DNA of 64,000 bases from Nymphaea colorata (Eukaryota). The position numbers and the translations under genes are program-made. Below, piece after piece: positions 1 through 13,234 of this stretch. Within the stretch, counting starts at the first letter, position 1. Each line of letters opens with the position of its first letter. Location: contig NC_045138.2 of assembly GCF_008831285.2 (NCBI RefSeq), positions 31,992,001-32,056,000 of the forward strand, written 5' to 3'. The notes below the pieces were generated by a model that made no database searches, was not told the origin of the DNA, and saw nothing but the letters and a program-made list of their open reading frames with translations.

Positions 1-941
1 TAGGTTAATGTTTTTAATAAAGATTAAGGATTGCAGGGCTGTATTGGCCGACTGCATCTCTTCCTCCATCGTCTTGCTTTCTATCATCTCTTCTCAATCT
101 ATCTTATTTTCACCGGAGAGACATGATTTAGTGAAGATTCTTACAAGAATGACACTAATTTTATCAAATTGAGACGATCAATGTGCTATTATTAGACCTA
201 CTTTCCACACAGCAGAAACTAGTCTATAAATAAACGTACAGCAAAAATCTGTTCTTTACCATATGCTTAATTTATATATTGTCTGTTCTTTTATAGGAAA
301 ATATTATATATATTTTTGAAATGGCTTACTATCTCTGAACATAGAGTAGAAATCCAAATTTATCATATCGTTAACTTACTTTTTCTGTTTAAAGGTTCCC
401 TTTGGAACAGTTTTCAAATAGAAAAGCCACAAAAGTAAATTGCTATATATAAAGTCAACAGTTTTATTAGAAGCTCATTTTACAGATGCTTTAGCCTCTT
501 TATAAAATCATAAGCCCCAATCCTCGATAGAAGCTATAGGAACCTTTCACTGAATCACAGGAATTTGAACAGGGATAGGCTCGTGAGGCATAAATGCATA
601 AGCCTCTTAAGTCTCAACTCTCAAATATAGCCTCTAAAAACCATGGTCAGTAATATATGTTGTTTGGTCATCATTGAATGCATAAACAATCGCACAAAGA
701 TAAGAATTGTTCCCCAATTGGCAGTGGTTGTGGTACAAAGCCTGCAAATTGCTACCATGGCGCAGAGTGAACAAGCGTCATAAACAATACCCTCCTAAAT
801 AAAATAAGCCAATTAATTTCATTCTGACAGAATGCCATCAAATACAAGCCTGGTTCTCTACACTAGAAAAATAAAGAAGAAGAAGAAGAGTGTGAAGCTT
901 AAATTGAATGACAGTGACTGCATAGGGTGTAGTTTTCAAAC

Positions 942-3810
942 CTTTGTATCTGCATCCATTTGCAAAGGCTTGTCACTGGAACCTGGATCACCACTTCCAG
1001 CTCCTGGACCAGATGCATTGTTTCTAGCCCTGCTTTCCTGCATATTCACGTCACCATCACTAGTGGCAGCAGGATCAGAAGCATTTGTAAAATCACCAAT
1101 CTCCATTTTGGAAGGTGCTACTGCAACTTCTACTCCTTCCTCTTCCAACAACTGCTCAAGGAATATAAATTGCATCAGAATATCTGAAAAGGAACTTTTA
1201 AGACAGCACATATGTAAAACTTACGGTTGCAGACTCGGCAGAAACTATCCCATGCAAATTCAAGCCAACTCTCAGTTTTATCTTTGCATGCTCTCCTTTG
1301 GCAGGTTGGAATGGACCAATCTAATCATATCCATTCAGAAAAAAAGATGAATATAAAAACTAGTTTTATATACTGAAAACAAAAGAACTTGCTTAGAAAT
1401 TGAGAACATAGCGAGCATACATTACCATATAAGTGCATATCTTGGGCTGTCTTTGCACCTCGTCAGCATAAAAAACATCAACGCTAAATGCCTCTGACTT
1501 ACAAAAAGTTAACTCTTTTACACTAGGGATGGGATTGCCCATCGGAAAAACAACAGTTGACTGCTGGTTCTCATCCCCACCATTTTGAGTGTCGCAAGTA
1601 GCAGCTTTCCAACAGAAATCAATAGAGAATGGATAGACATCATTCACCTAACAAGCAGACAAACACAATAACTTTAATAATGTCTCCCAGCCAGTTAACT
1701 GAAAAGACAAGAGGCAGTCATAAATAGCATCAAGTGCACGAGACTATTGCATCAAGTTATCAACAGACATTGAGAGAGAAATTTCCCTAGCCATTTGCAG
1801 AAAGGAGGCAAAAACAAAGATCTCATAGAAATTTAACAGGGAAACAAAAATTGGAAAACTGGGAAGGAAGATCAAGATGGAATATAATCACAAACACCAG
1901 TCTTGGCTATATCTCCTGTAGAGCAAAATTATGACAATAAAAGTTGCTCAATATGTTTCACAAAAATCTCGTAAAAGGAATCTTAGCAATTAGAAAAACA
2001 AAACACTGTCCATTTTAGAAAAAATAGAGAGCAGAAAGATTTACTGAGCAAACAAACACATTTTTCACGAAAATATTGTGATATAATCAGGATCTTTTTG
2101 TGAAATATCTAAAGTTTGAGCATTTAAATATCCTGCAAAATTCTTCTTCATATCAATTTCACCAATATTTCTTGATATTTAATCATAAGATCATGTAAAA
2201 CCATACAAGAACAATGAATTTTCACAATTTCACTCCTGAACTTAATATTCCAAATCCCATGTGCTTCCCTGTAAATAGTCAAGGTTAACGTTTCTAACTA
2301 AATGGAAAAGGAAGAAATGAAGTCTGGAAAGCACTGCAAGTGCAAGCTTCTTGCTTATTACAGGCAGCTCAATGCTTGACGAGTGAGGACTTTGATCAAA
2401 GTTTGCAGAAAAGAGAAAAAGAGGTGATCCATGCAAAGCCACAGGATCCAGCGAAAAGCCTCAAATTATGTGTATATATGTGTGTGAGAGAGAATTCCGA
2501 ATGCTATAGAACTAAATTTACAAATCTGGCACTCCATATATAAACCTAAAAATGGTACAAATGTGCTCATGAAATGTTTAATTATTCATAAGAACATAGA
2601 AAAGAAAAAACTCATTTTAGGACAACAATGAAATATACACCTGAAACTCTCGCACTTTAAACGTTGGACTAAGGATCGCACACTGAAGAGCACATCCACG
2701 TGCAACACACTCACTTGCATTCATAGTTCGCCGTGGCTCCTTCCCAAAAAATTCTGTGAGGATCCTAACAATGGCAGGTACTCGTGAGCCTGAACCTACA
2801 ACTTCAACTGAATTGATGTTTTCCACTGTAAGCCTAGCATCATGAAGGGCTCTTTCTAATGGCCTCTTCACCCTCTCAAGAATCGGTACACTGATCTGCT
2901 CAAACTCCTCCCTCTTTATGAACCCTCTTACATCCTTCTCATCCATCAAGCACTCTACGTTCAGTTGTGCCTCAGGATTTGCACTTAAAACTTTCTTCAG
3001 CTTCTCACATGCTGTCCGTAGACGCTGACAAGCCCGTGCATTTGAGTAAATTTCTATCTTGTACTCATCTTGAAACTTGGAAGCAAAATGCTGAAACAAG
3101 ACCTCATCAAAATCGCGACCACCCAATGATTGGTCGAAAGCATGGGCAAGAATTCTAAGCTGGCCCCTTTTGAACCCAGCAATGCAAATCTGCATACTAG
3201 CATGCCCAATGTCAATGAAAGCAACATTTAACTGATCAGATTCCGGCAAATCAGTCTTGTAAATCCCATATGCCAGTGCTGTTGCTGTTGTTTCATGGAA
3301 AAGTCGCAAAGGGTGCAATCCAGCAATTGTAGCTGCATCTAAAACTGCTCTTCTCTGCAGGTCGGTGAAGTATATTGGAATGCCAATGCAACAATCCACC
3401 ACAGCTGTACTAAGGTTCTTCTCAGCAATTCCTTTCAGATTGGCGAGAACCATTCCAAGAAGCTGGGTAGGACTAAAATCCCTTTCTACTCCAAGATAGT
3501 GGACATGTATAAGAGGGAACCCATCTGGGCCCTCAGTCACCTTGAAAGGTAAGGATTGGAGGTCTTGTTGTAGTTGAGGGTCACAGAAGGATCGACCCAC
3601 AAGCCGTTTGATTTGGCTTACAGAGTTTTTGGGGTTCATCACTGAAGAAGAAGCGCCAGCTGTACCAATGAATCTTTGCTTGTCACCAAAGCAGACAATG
3701 GAAGGAGTTTCTCTTTTGGACTCATCATTAAGGACAACATCAATCCCTCGTTGCCGGGCAACAGCAACAACACAGCTTTCATTTCCAAAGTCAAAGCCAA
3801 CAACACTCAT
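942..3810 (-). CDS. HSP70-15: HSP110/SSE-type heat shock 70 kDa protein (HSP70-14/15-like), 3'-incomplete in window; exons 3810-2641, 1647-1426, 1320-1225, 1151-942
   Basis: N-terminus MSVVGFDFGNESCVVAVARQRGIDVVLNDESKRETP and ...CALQCAILSPTFKVREFQ are typical of plant HSP110. GT/AG-bounded exons join in frame (VNDVYPFSI.., IGPFQPAKGEHAKIKLRVGLNLHGIVSAESAT, LLEEEGVEV..QMDADTK), 566 codons in total. The helical C-terminal exons were not found in 1-940. The symbol marks the subfamily, not proven orthology. Confidence 0.93.
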
Positions 3811-6800
3811 TTTGATTTAGTTACAGAACACTAACAATACAAACCAGGAGATTTCCAATGGTGATCTTGGAAAATCCTCTGCAAGTAAGAACCTTTTGCT
3901 CTGTTAGAAAACAAAGAAAAAAGGAAAGCATTTAGTACTGCAGGATTTCAAGAGAAGGCAAATGCCATCAGCCATCATGCTCGCACAGAATTGACAACAC
4001 GTGCACTTATTCACTTGTTGGAGTATGCCTACCTTTATTCACATGGTACCAACAAAACATAGCCAACCATGGTCATGAAATCCCTGTTTAAACAGCCAGG
4101 GGCAACAAAGGTGACATCAACATTGACCTTATCCTGTGTATAGTGAAACAAATGCAACATCTTTAAGAATATTTCAGATCATGACCTTTTACCCATTAGT
4201 ATCTAAAAAGAAAAATCCATACAAATGAAAATTTTAGACAAGAACATGTTTCCCATTGTTATGAATCTTGATAAATGCCTGCTAGCATACAAGAATTCGA
4301 TCAAACACATTTAGAGCAGTAGGTTCTTCAGAAAAAGGGGAAAACACCCAGCCCAACCCAGCCCCTATCTACCTTTGTTCAAGCACACTAAAAAAAAAAG
4401 AAAAAAAGGAAAAGGATATATAGGGTGGAGGAAATGAATGCTCAAACGATAAGAACCAAATTGCCTTCTTTACAATTCTGTACATCAAAATTTTGATCCC
4501 ATAAATGAACTGTGCACCATCTCCCCATTCACTAGAGTGCTTCATATGTTTATTTTTATATCCTTCATGCAATATGAGTACTGAACCACCATTAAAACTA
4601 ATTAGTATGCAAATTCCTTACAAGATGACCCTAAATGGAAAAGTGCACCAGAAGCTTTTGCTTCAAATTTTTGCACTGCCTATCCCACTGACAACTCAAA
4701 CAGGAAACAGGGAAAGGATGTCAATGTATAACAAAAGACTGCAACAAAGAAAAATACAAAACATAATGTATGCACAAAGCAACTAACAAGCAATTTCCAA
4801 GGTGAATGATCAAAGAAACAGCTTAGTGCAGGATAAAAATAAAAATCAATTTAAAGCAAATGTCAAATACAAACAAAAAATGTGAAACTCACTAAGAAAA
4901 AAAGAAATTTAATTGCTTGAGGTAACCTATCAGAAACCCATGGTCTCCTTTAAATAGAATATAGAAAACATAAGGTGATTTCTAATGCCAGGCCCAAAGA
5001 CAAGATAAATTTCTAACCAGTCAATAAGTAGGGAAACAAATTTAAAGGGAAAAAAAAATCTAATCAAGCGATAAACTTATTCAAGAAATGAGAAGAAGCA
5101 CATTCAACCTATTTCTCGACAACATCATCTGAGAATTTTTGTCAAAATGCAGTTTTTTTTTAAGAAAGATCCTAAGAAAGTGCTGGATGTTTTGAAAGCA
5201 GAAAATTGTAAACAAAATCAGAACTATGAAAAAATAGGTTCAGAGCATTCTACCTGCAAAATATACAAAAACCAATCACAGAAAATAAAGGGACCAAGAA
5301 AACAAAAAGCTATAATTAGAATACAAAAAGTAGAAAAGTTGGAAGACTTGACAAATGTGATGATATTATTGCATCTATATCATGATGATGTTGGCATGCA
5401 TGTTTTTCTGGGAAATAAATGGAAACTATCATGATATTCTACGCATATTCAGACGACCGTAGTATACACTAATACTATACAGTACGTGACAGACATTGGC
5501 GACCATGGAAATAGAAACATGCAAATATCAGGGAGGGGGAGGAGGAGGGTCCAAATAAATGCATGAGATGCAACAAGCCAGCTGCCTAATACGCCCTTCC
5601 TGCAGGAAGGAGGGAAGCAGGGATGGAGTATGATGCTGACTTCACATGATTAACATACAAAAGGCCATTTCATTTTGAAGAAAATAGGCTCTACAGTTAA
5701 CTGGTATGGGGTATTTTCCGCAACTTCATGAGAATTTACCCCTGCATCACACGAAGAATTTCCTTTCTTATGAAATGGGAATAAAACAAAGACTGCTTGA
5801 AAGGCTTTCCTCCACAGCAAACACCTAATTCCTAAAGATCAAAGAAGCAGATCGATAGTAATCTGAAAAAAGAACATATAAAAAATTCAATAATAATGAA
5901 AGCAACCCATAAGAAATCCACCAAATGTTAGAAGTTGCACCGTGAATGATAAGCAACGCAAATTCTGGGTGCATAAAACGAAGAATTCCAGACTCAAATG
6001 AATAGGTGTTCACCATTCCACGATAAAGGTTTAGAAATGAAATAGAAAAACATACAAAAATGAAAAAAAGTGTCCATGCCAACATCCACGAAGAAGTATA
6101 TTTACAATTGAGTTACATATGAAGGAGAAAGAACGAACATCCAATAATGCAAAACTTAAACAATTACAGGTGAAACGAATGCATCGAAGAAAAATTTTAA
6201 ATTTAAAAAGCAAAAAGCAAAAAGACATGATCTCAGAATGGGTAAAAGGAAAGACTTACAATATCCAGAGACATACGTTCAAAGCATGCAAACATCAGAT
6301 TTTTAGGACACCAGAATGAGGATTCAGGTGTTGAAATAGAGAAAATTGGACCAGAACAAAAACGAAGAAATTAAGAGAATAGGACATCGGGAACCTTCAA
6401 GTGCGTCATCAACAGCACATGAACAGCATAGTTCGAACTCACAGAGCACAAGAACAAACCGGAAAAAACGTGTTATCGCCAGGAAAACTCCAAAACAGAA
6501 TTTCCAAATTCAAGCAACACCACATCATATACACAAGCAGACCGGTTTCCCGAAATGTGAGATCCAAAACTTACAAATTCAACCTTCGCTCGTCGGAATT
6601 ATCGAATGAATACAAAAGAAAACAAGACAACGAGAAAAACAAATCCTCACAAGGCGAAATTCCGACGGCCAACGAAAATTCACAATGTCAGAGAACCGAG
6701 AGTTTCCAGATTCATCAACAGAGACACCAAAGCAGGGAGGGACACAGACAACGGACAAAAAGTATTAGTGTCAGCGTTTCATGACGAAAATGAAGGGAAA

Positions 6801-6990
6801 ATTCGCGTTTCTTTTAAGTGGGCAGAGGCATTACCTGTCTGAAAAGCCCGTCCCGTCTCTGGAGCGAGCGAGCGAGAGAGAGAGAGAGAGAGAGAGAGAG
6901 GACGTAGAAATGCCTATGTAAATGTAGAAAGAAAAGACATGGGAAGAACGACAGCAGAGAATACCACCTCTTCAGGGGAAAATTGGAGGA
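3811..6990 (-). other. Probable 5' UTR of the HSP110 gene with a ~2.9 kb leader intron (about 6834-3901)
   Basis: On the minus strand: donor CAG|GTAATG at ~6835/6834 just after a CT-repeat leader, and acceptor CTAACAG| at 3901. The upstream boundary is approximate. Confidence 0.55.
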
Positions 6991-8145
6991 CGCCATACGG
7001 ACGTAATTAGCGGTTAGCAAGGGCGGGACGATAGAAAATATGAGGAAATTCAGAAGTGGCTGAGATGTGCTCAGAAGCTCCCTGTGCATGTCTTTTCGTA
7101 AAATTTCCGCGCTTTCGTATCATTCTAATAATATTTAGCCCCTTAATCTCATTTCCATCACAAGCCTTTCCTCTAATTTCATAAAAATGCTCATAATTTT
7201 TAAATTTTCTTTTACCTACATTAAAAAATTTGTGATAAGTAGAGTGGTTTTAGGAAAGACCAAGATCAATCTAAAAAATATATTCTACAATTAATTTTTT
7301 TTTAATATATTTTTTATAACTAGAATTTATCATAAACCATCATTGCATTATAAATTATGGCTAATATCAATCTAATGACTGTTTTTCAGTCTTGCATTTT
7401 CAGTAGAGCCAACATTTGAATTGCCCCAGATTTATACATGCATTATATATAAAGACATATATAGTTCCTAAATATTGTAACAAAAAAATATTTATTCTTT
7501 ATATTATTTACCTGATTGTTCACAAATATCCAGAAAAAGTTTTAACTGTATTCCTTAACAAGGACGGTACGCCATTGTGCGGTCTTCCTGGTACCTGTGG
7601 GACCGTAAATAGGGATCCAAAGGGCCGGACCACGGTGTTTTGTCCGTTTCTTTCCTTTAAAAACCGAAAGAATAAAAATGTAATTTAGTTATTTTTTTCT
7701 TGTTTAACTGAAAAAATAAAAATATAATTTACTTATAAATGGTAATATTGAAACATAAATGTACCTAATTTGTTTTGGTATACCGAGTTAATAAAAAAAA
7801 CTTCTTTCCCGCCTCTGTCTTGTTCATTTTCACCAAAATGTGGCTTTTACTTGCACGGAAACAAATAATTGTTTCTGTAGAACATAGGCAACAACATGTA
7901 GGTCGGAAATTTATATTTAGAAGATTTCCTTTGTCATACGCCATAATTAATGGCTTCATACTTAATCTTGGTGTTATCATTTTGAGAGATAACGTCAGTG
8001 CGTAGCATATATATCATGATATTGTTCTCTTCTAGTCTTAGCTACATTTTCATATAATACAAAGATTTTAAAGAAGTGTGCATGAAGGTACTCTAAAAAT
8101 ATGAGGACAAGACCAAGTGTATATTATACCATTCAACAATAAAAT

Positions 8146-8303
8146 TAGGGGCGGAGGGAGGGCCATGGGCCGAATGAGTGCAAGAAGAAAAAAATATATT
8201 GAAAAAATTAAATTTTTTTAGTTTGGTTTGACATGTCGCTCCTCATGGCCCGACCTGCGGATGGTTTAGCCCGTTCCTGAAAAAAATCTTGGCTCCGCCC
8301 CTA
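8146..8303. mobile_element. hAT-type MITE
   Basis: TIRs TAGGGGCGGAG / CTCCGCCCCTA with a perfect 8-bp TSD AATAAAAT (8138-8145, 8304-8311). Confidence 0.88.
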
Positions 8304-9352
8304 AATAAAATAATGTCACAAAATTATGTATTGCAAGCCGCACTATATATACATGGCATGGGGGCACGATCGAGCTAAAACATTTTTTTCCAGTTTGAAC
8401 GTCGTGGCCTCCATTTTAAACGTTATTAAGTTCAAAACTCTTATAATTTTGTTTTTGGAGCTTCACTCTGGTGGTAGGAACCTTTCATTTTCATAAATAC
8501 AGATAAAACCAAATAACATTCTTTTAATCTTTCTTATGCCATGAATTATCTGTTGTTTCTATGTATTAAGATTTGCACGCGCTGTTGTGCATAAACTTAA
8601 AGCATTTTGTAACACACTCATAATCATAAACATTGGCGATTCAATAAGAGGTTGAACTGCTCCCTTCCCTTCACCCCTGTGATCCAAGTTTGTTTTGGGG
8701 CGATGACACTCGTCAATTGGAGTACAGTGCATTCATTGTATCTGTAGTCCAGTAAAATAACGTCCACAGGAATCAAACTTATGGGTTTTCACCAGCCTGC
8801 AGTGGAGCCAGAATTTTTTTGCTATGAAGCACTGTTATAAAAAATCTCATTTTTTTAAAAGAGCACAATATATATATATAAGTAAATAATTATAAGAAAT
8901 CTACGTAAATGTATGTAAAAATAAATAAAAATTTTGTTATTTGTGGGGCCATTTGCCCTATATAAGGCTCCGCTGCTGCTGACTACCAATCCGACCGTCT
9001 ACGCTATGCCCCTCAAGCATATTATTTCTGTTATGAATTAAATCCTTCTTCCTTCCGTACAAATAAATACTAAGATAAAACTTTAAATAAATTTTGGGAA
9101 GGTCATTCAAATTTTTGTAAAAATCTTAGGGGAAGTGAGGGAGGCATCCAGTAGACATTTTCTATAAAACTCTTTCACATCTTCAAACTATATATCTTTT
9201 CCATCTAGAGATAGGAATATACAATGAGTGAGCCCAGCTCAAGCTCAAGCCTGGCTCGAGCTTGCTCACGTCACATGTTGCTCAGCTTGAGCTCGAGTTG
9301 AGCTTTATACATCACTGTCTACAGAGAATCCTCTAAAGGCTAGACCCCATAA

Positions 9353-9530
9353 TAGTGGCGGAGTCACATATAGGCTGGTGTGGGCAATTGCCTACACCAG
9401 CTTATCAATTTTCTTTTATTTTTTTATTAATTTTTTTTTATATTTACTTTGTTCTACAGTAAGTGGCCCTTCAGGTATGAAAACCTTTGAATAAATATCC
9501 CTCCATAAAATTTTTCTGGCTCCACCACCG
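9353..9530. mobile_element. hAT-type MITE (same family as 17739-17926)
   Basis: Ends TAGTGGCGGAG / CTCCACCACCG; TSD CCCCATAA / TCCCATAA (7/8); shares ATATAGGCTGGTGTGGGCA with the 17739 copy. Confidence 0.75.
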
Positions 9531-9580
9531 TCCCATAACATACATGCCTTGCATGGCATGGCATGCAATTTCTCTCTCTA

Positions 9581-9731
<151 letters not shown>

Positions 9732-9963
9732 CCTAGCAACCACAGAAACCCTAGACGTCCGCTCTACCGTGCAGTGGTCAGTAGAAACTGTAGAATCGGT
9801 CCACATGCCTTAAATTAACTCTGAATACTGAGTCCACAATCTCTTTCTCTCTCTAGATCTGTCTCTTTAAATTCATGAACTATGGAGCTCGGTTCAAGAA
9901 TAATAACAGGTGATTTCGCCTTGTTGTTGGGAGTCTTCATCTTTGTGGTGTACGTAGGCAATA

Positions 9964-10952
9964 ATGGAGCTGAAGGGACTGCACTTCTCCGTCTTCCTCA
10001 TCGCCCTTCTACTCTTCTCCTCTCAGCTTCTCGTCAATGCCGATGCGAACGCGAATGGTATGTTTGATTCTTAATGTCTCCTGTGATCACACGTTCGAAT
10101 GGTATGTTTGATTCTTAATGTCTCCTGTGATCATTTTACGTGATGGATCACGTAATTAACATTATAATTATTTAATTGTGTAGATTTGATTCATGTATTT
10201 TATGTAGTAAGTTATGACTTATATGATATTTTCCCATGCATGAAAGTCAAATATATATCTTTAGCTAATGAAAATATCAATGGCCTGCATTGTTCCAAAT
10301 GTTGATGTAAACGTGAAATAGTTAAGCGTTATGGAACTTGTGCACACCAGTATATGTATAGAAAGTTGTTATTAACTAAGAATTCATGGTTAGCCAAAGG
10401 GGGAACTTGACTCAGTCCATAAGCTCTCTCTCTCTCTCTCTCTCTCTACTTATTGATGTAATTTTTCAGTGCTTTTCATGTAACGTAACTTCTGAGTGCA
10501 TGTGCCATGCACTTGGAACATATCTTCCAAAAAACTATGTGTTCTTGTTTGAAGAAACATAGTGTGAACTTTTTGAATTTACGACCGATATATGTGGTTT
10601 CGTCATGTCTCTCAAAACAAGAACATGGTGTTCCTGACATATGTAACACAAGAACACGGTTTTTATGTTGAAAACCATAGAGATATGGTAAATTTAGAAA
10701 TTATATATTTATAAGAATTTAAATATGTTGGATGTTGTTGGACGATCAAAACCTAAAAATTAATTGCTAAAAAATAGTTGTTATAGGTAAGTCTGGGCGT
10801 CGGGCCTGGGACAGCCCGATTAATTTTTTTATTATTTTTATTTAATAATAATATATATTGCGTCATTAAAAATATATTTTATATTTTATATTTTAATCGG
10901 ATGACCCTCCTATTGAGGTACTTAGGTGAGTCAGCATAGAGTTACCATTCAC

Positions 10953-11005
<53 letters not shown>

Positions 11006-11239
11006 AAATGATTGATTTTAGATGATGATGTTGTTGAAGTGGAATTGATGATGCATGCAGATGGAGGAGATCGGCCCCAGATGGCTCAAACCGATGGGCT
11101 TCGATTCGGAGGGGGGCGGACGAGGGCACCCAGGTCCTCCTGTTTCCTTTGTTCATGGACTCAATATAAGCAGTGTTGCGGATTCAGGTGCTGCTCCCAG
11201 GAAGAGTTTGACCTTTACGAAAAGGGCGGCCGCCCTTAA
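9964..11239 (+). CDS. Putative small secreted cysteine-rich peptide, 90 aa; exons 9964-10057 and 11061-11239
   Basis: Exon 1 encodes the signal-like MELKGLHFSVFLIALLLFSSQLLVNADANAN and ends at a phase-1 donor G|GTATGT. Acceptor TGCAG| at 11060 restores the frame: DGGDRPQMAQTDGLRFGGGRTRAPRSSCFLCSWTQYKQCCGFRCCSQEEFDLYEKGGRP*. Confidence 0.68.
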
Positions 11240-11332
11240 TCTCAATTACCACTCCGCTAATTAGAGCAAATTATTGCTTGCCTACGTAGTTAGCTTATTA
11301 ATAATCTCCCTTGTTCTTCTTCCATGATGAAG

Positions 11333-11634
11333 GAGATGATCACCACAGCAAGGTTGAGCCTCGAGGCCGCATATATAAGTTCACCTGTTCGGCCAGCAAA
11401 AGTGCCCCATGTACGCGTTCCGGGCGTTCTTGTACCCCGCTCCGTGTTCTAGTGCGGCAAGGCTGCGTTTGCATGTACTCATTTATTCTCCCCAATTGTC
11501 TAATGAGGACTTCGCTTCATATATATATATACATGTATTTCTCTCTCTCTCCCTCTCTCCCGTGCATGGCTGAATATGCATACATTATATTTAGAAAAAT
11601 ACATTTCTTAGCATCAAGAGGAAGAAAGATTTGA
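11333..11634 (+). CDS. Second candidate Cys-rich terminal exon (defensin-like spacing), possibly degenerate
   Basis: Pyrimidine tract plus AAG| acceptor at 11332, phase 1 and in frame with exon 9964-10057. Encodes GDDHHSKVEPRGRIYKFTCSASKSAPCTRSGRSCTPLRVLVRQGCVCMYSFILPNC, followed by a low-complexity tail. Confidence 0.4.
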
Positions 11635-12457
11635 TTAAATGTGCATTATTACGCGCTCTCACCTACTCGCTCTATCTTGTTTTTTTTTTTTTTTTCCCAA
11701 CCATATTCTTGTGTCAAGATTGAATCTTTAAAAGAAAAAGACTTGAAAATTTAATCTCATTCTAATATTGGTTATATATATATACACATATATATGTTGA
11801 GGGCCACATTGATACATGTTTGGTCTCATGGCTAAGGATGAGAAATTTTTTGTTTTTTTGTTTTTATAAACTATTATGTGTCAACTTTGACATGCCTTAT
11901 CTTCTAAACAATTTTGTACAGTTCAATTTTCTAACCGATCTGCACCTACCCAGCTGAATCGGCTGTCAATTGGCCAAAAATTGTTTAAATATTCATTTTA
12001 AAATTAAATAATCTATAAAAATAATTAAAATGCCAAATTAATCCTAATTTTTTATAATAATTTAAAAAAATGCGTACTTGGCACCTTTGAATCGATTTGC
12101 CACCGATTCAATTTGAATCGGCCGAGTTGTCATGACAACGACATAATTGCTTACATATGGTACGTTGCAAAGTACTGGACTGGATTTGGCTCAGGCGTAT
12201 CGATCTACTTTTTTTTTCCCTCACGTTGAATTTCCATAGCCTAAATGTGCTCCCTATGTGGTTGACGACATTAAATCTCAAACCCACGTATCTCCTTTCT
12301 GTTCTTTTTTTTTTTTATCACTATGGGTTGACACAATGCAAGAATGTGAATTGGCAGGTGGCCAATTTCCGATATAAGCTCCCGTGGTATCAACTCTATG
12401 TACTATCAAATGAATGAATACCAATATATAAGTTGAAGCATAGTGGAAACATAAACC

Positions 12458-12650
12458 CAAGGGCGGAAACAGAATTTTTTCATGGGCGGGCCAAGTGGTT
12501 CATCGAGTTGATCCGGGTAGAGCTAAACTAAATCGAATTAAAAAAAAAAAACATTACCCAACAAAAAATTTTCAATTTTTGTAATGTAAAGTTCTTTTTA
12601 ATCAATTGAGGTGGGGCCACGGCCTAGGCGGCCCCCTCCCTCCGCCCCTA
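12458..12650. mobile_element. hAT-type MITE related to 8146-8303, opposite orientation
   Basis: Ends CAAGGGCGGA / TCCGCCCCTA; perfect 8-bp TSD CATAAACC (12450-12457, 12651-12658). Confidence 0.85.
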
Positions 12651-13108
12651 CATAAACCTTAGACATCAAAAGCAGGCTAGATACCCTTAAATATTGATGG
12701 AAAGGTGAAAGTTTCAGCCTTCAAACCAGGCAGTAGGATCAAATCCACCTTTTGCTGACTCGGAATTTTCCCTCACATATAGGGTTTTCTTGTACTTCTA
12801 TTTTCTTTTGTTGAATACTAATTTTTTTCTTTTTCATGTTAAAATGTTGAAATGATGTTGTTGGCATGATTTTAGCTGCATCCATTGAGCTAAAGAAATT
12901 TGGGGGGTCTTAATTTTGTTCTCACAGCTTCGATGAGCCAATGTCATATGTAGAACTTCTTTTCAAACTTTTCCCTTACAAGTGAACTGTGATGCAGTCT
13001 TCCAACAAATTGGGTCACCTTGAATCTGATAAGAAAGTTGAGGGGGAGTTAGTAAGAGTCCTGCCGCCCCTTTGGAACACATTCATACTAATAGAACCCA
13101 GCACATGA

Positions 13109-13110
<2 letters not shown>

Positions 13111-13200
<90 letters not shown>
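13111..13200. repeat. (TA)n(GT)n microsatellite
   Basis: Directly visible. Confidence 0.95.
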
Positions 13201-13201
<1 letters not shown>

Positions 13202-13234
13202 ATTTGTGGACTTCTCGGTTCCAGTTTGAACAAA

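Noticed and set aside
832..1350. 172-aa plus-strand ORF
   Set aside because: Antisense shadow of HSP110 exons 3-4; no recognisable motif.
7040..7130. Possible heat-shock elements upstream of HSP110
   Set aside because: GAA/TTC units are present but not in clean nGAAnnTTCn spacing.
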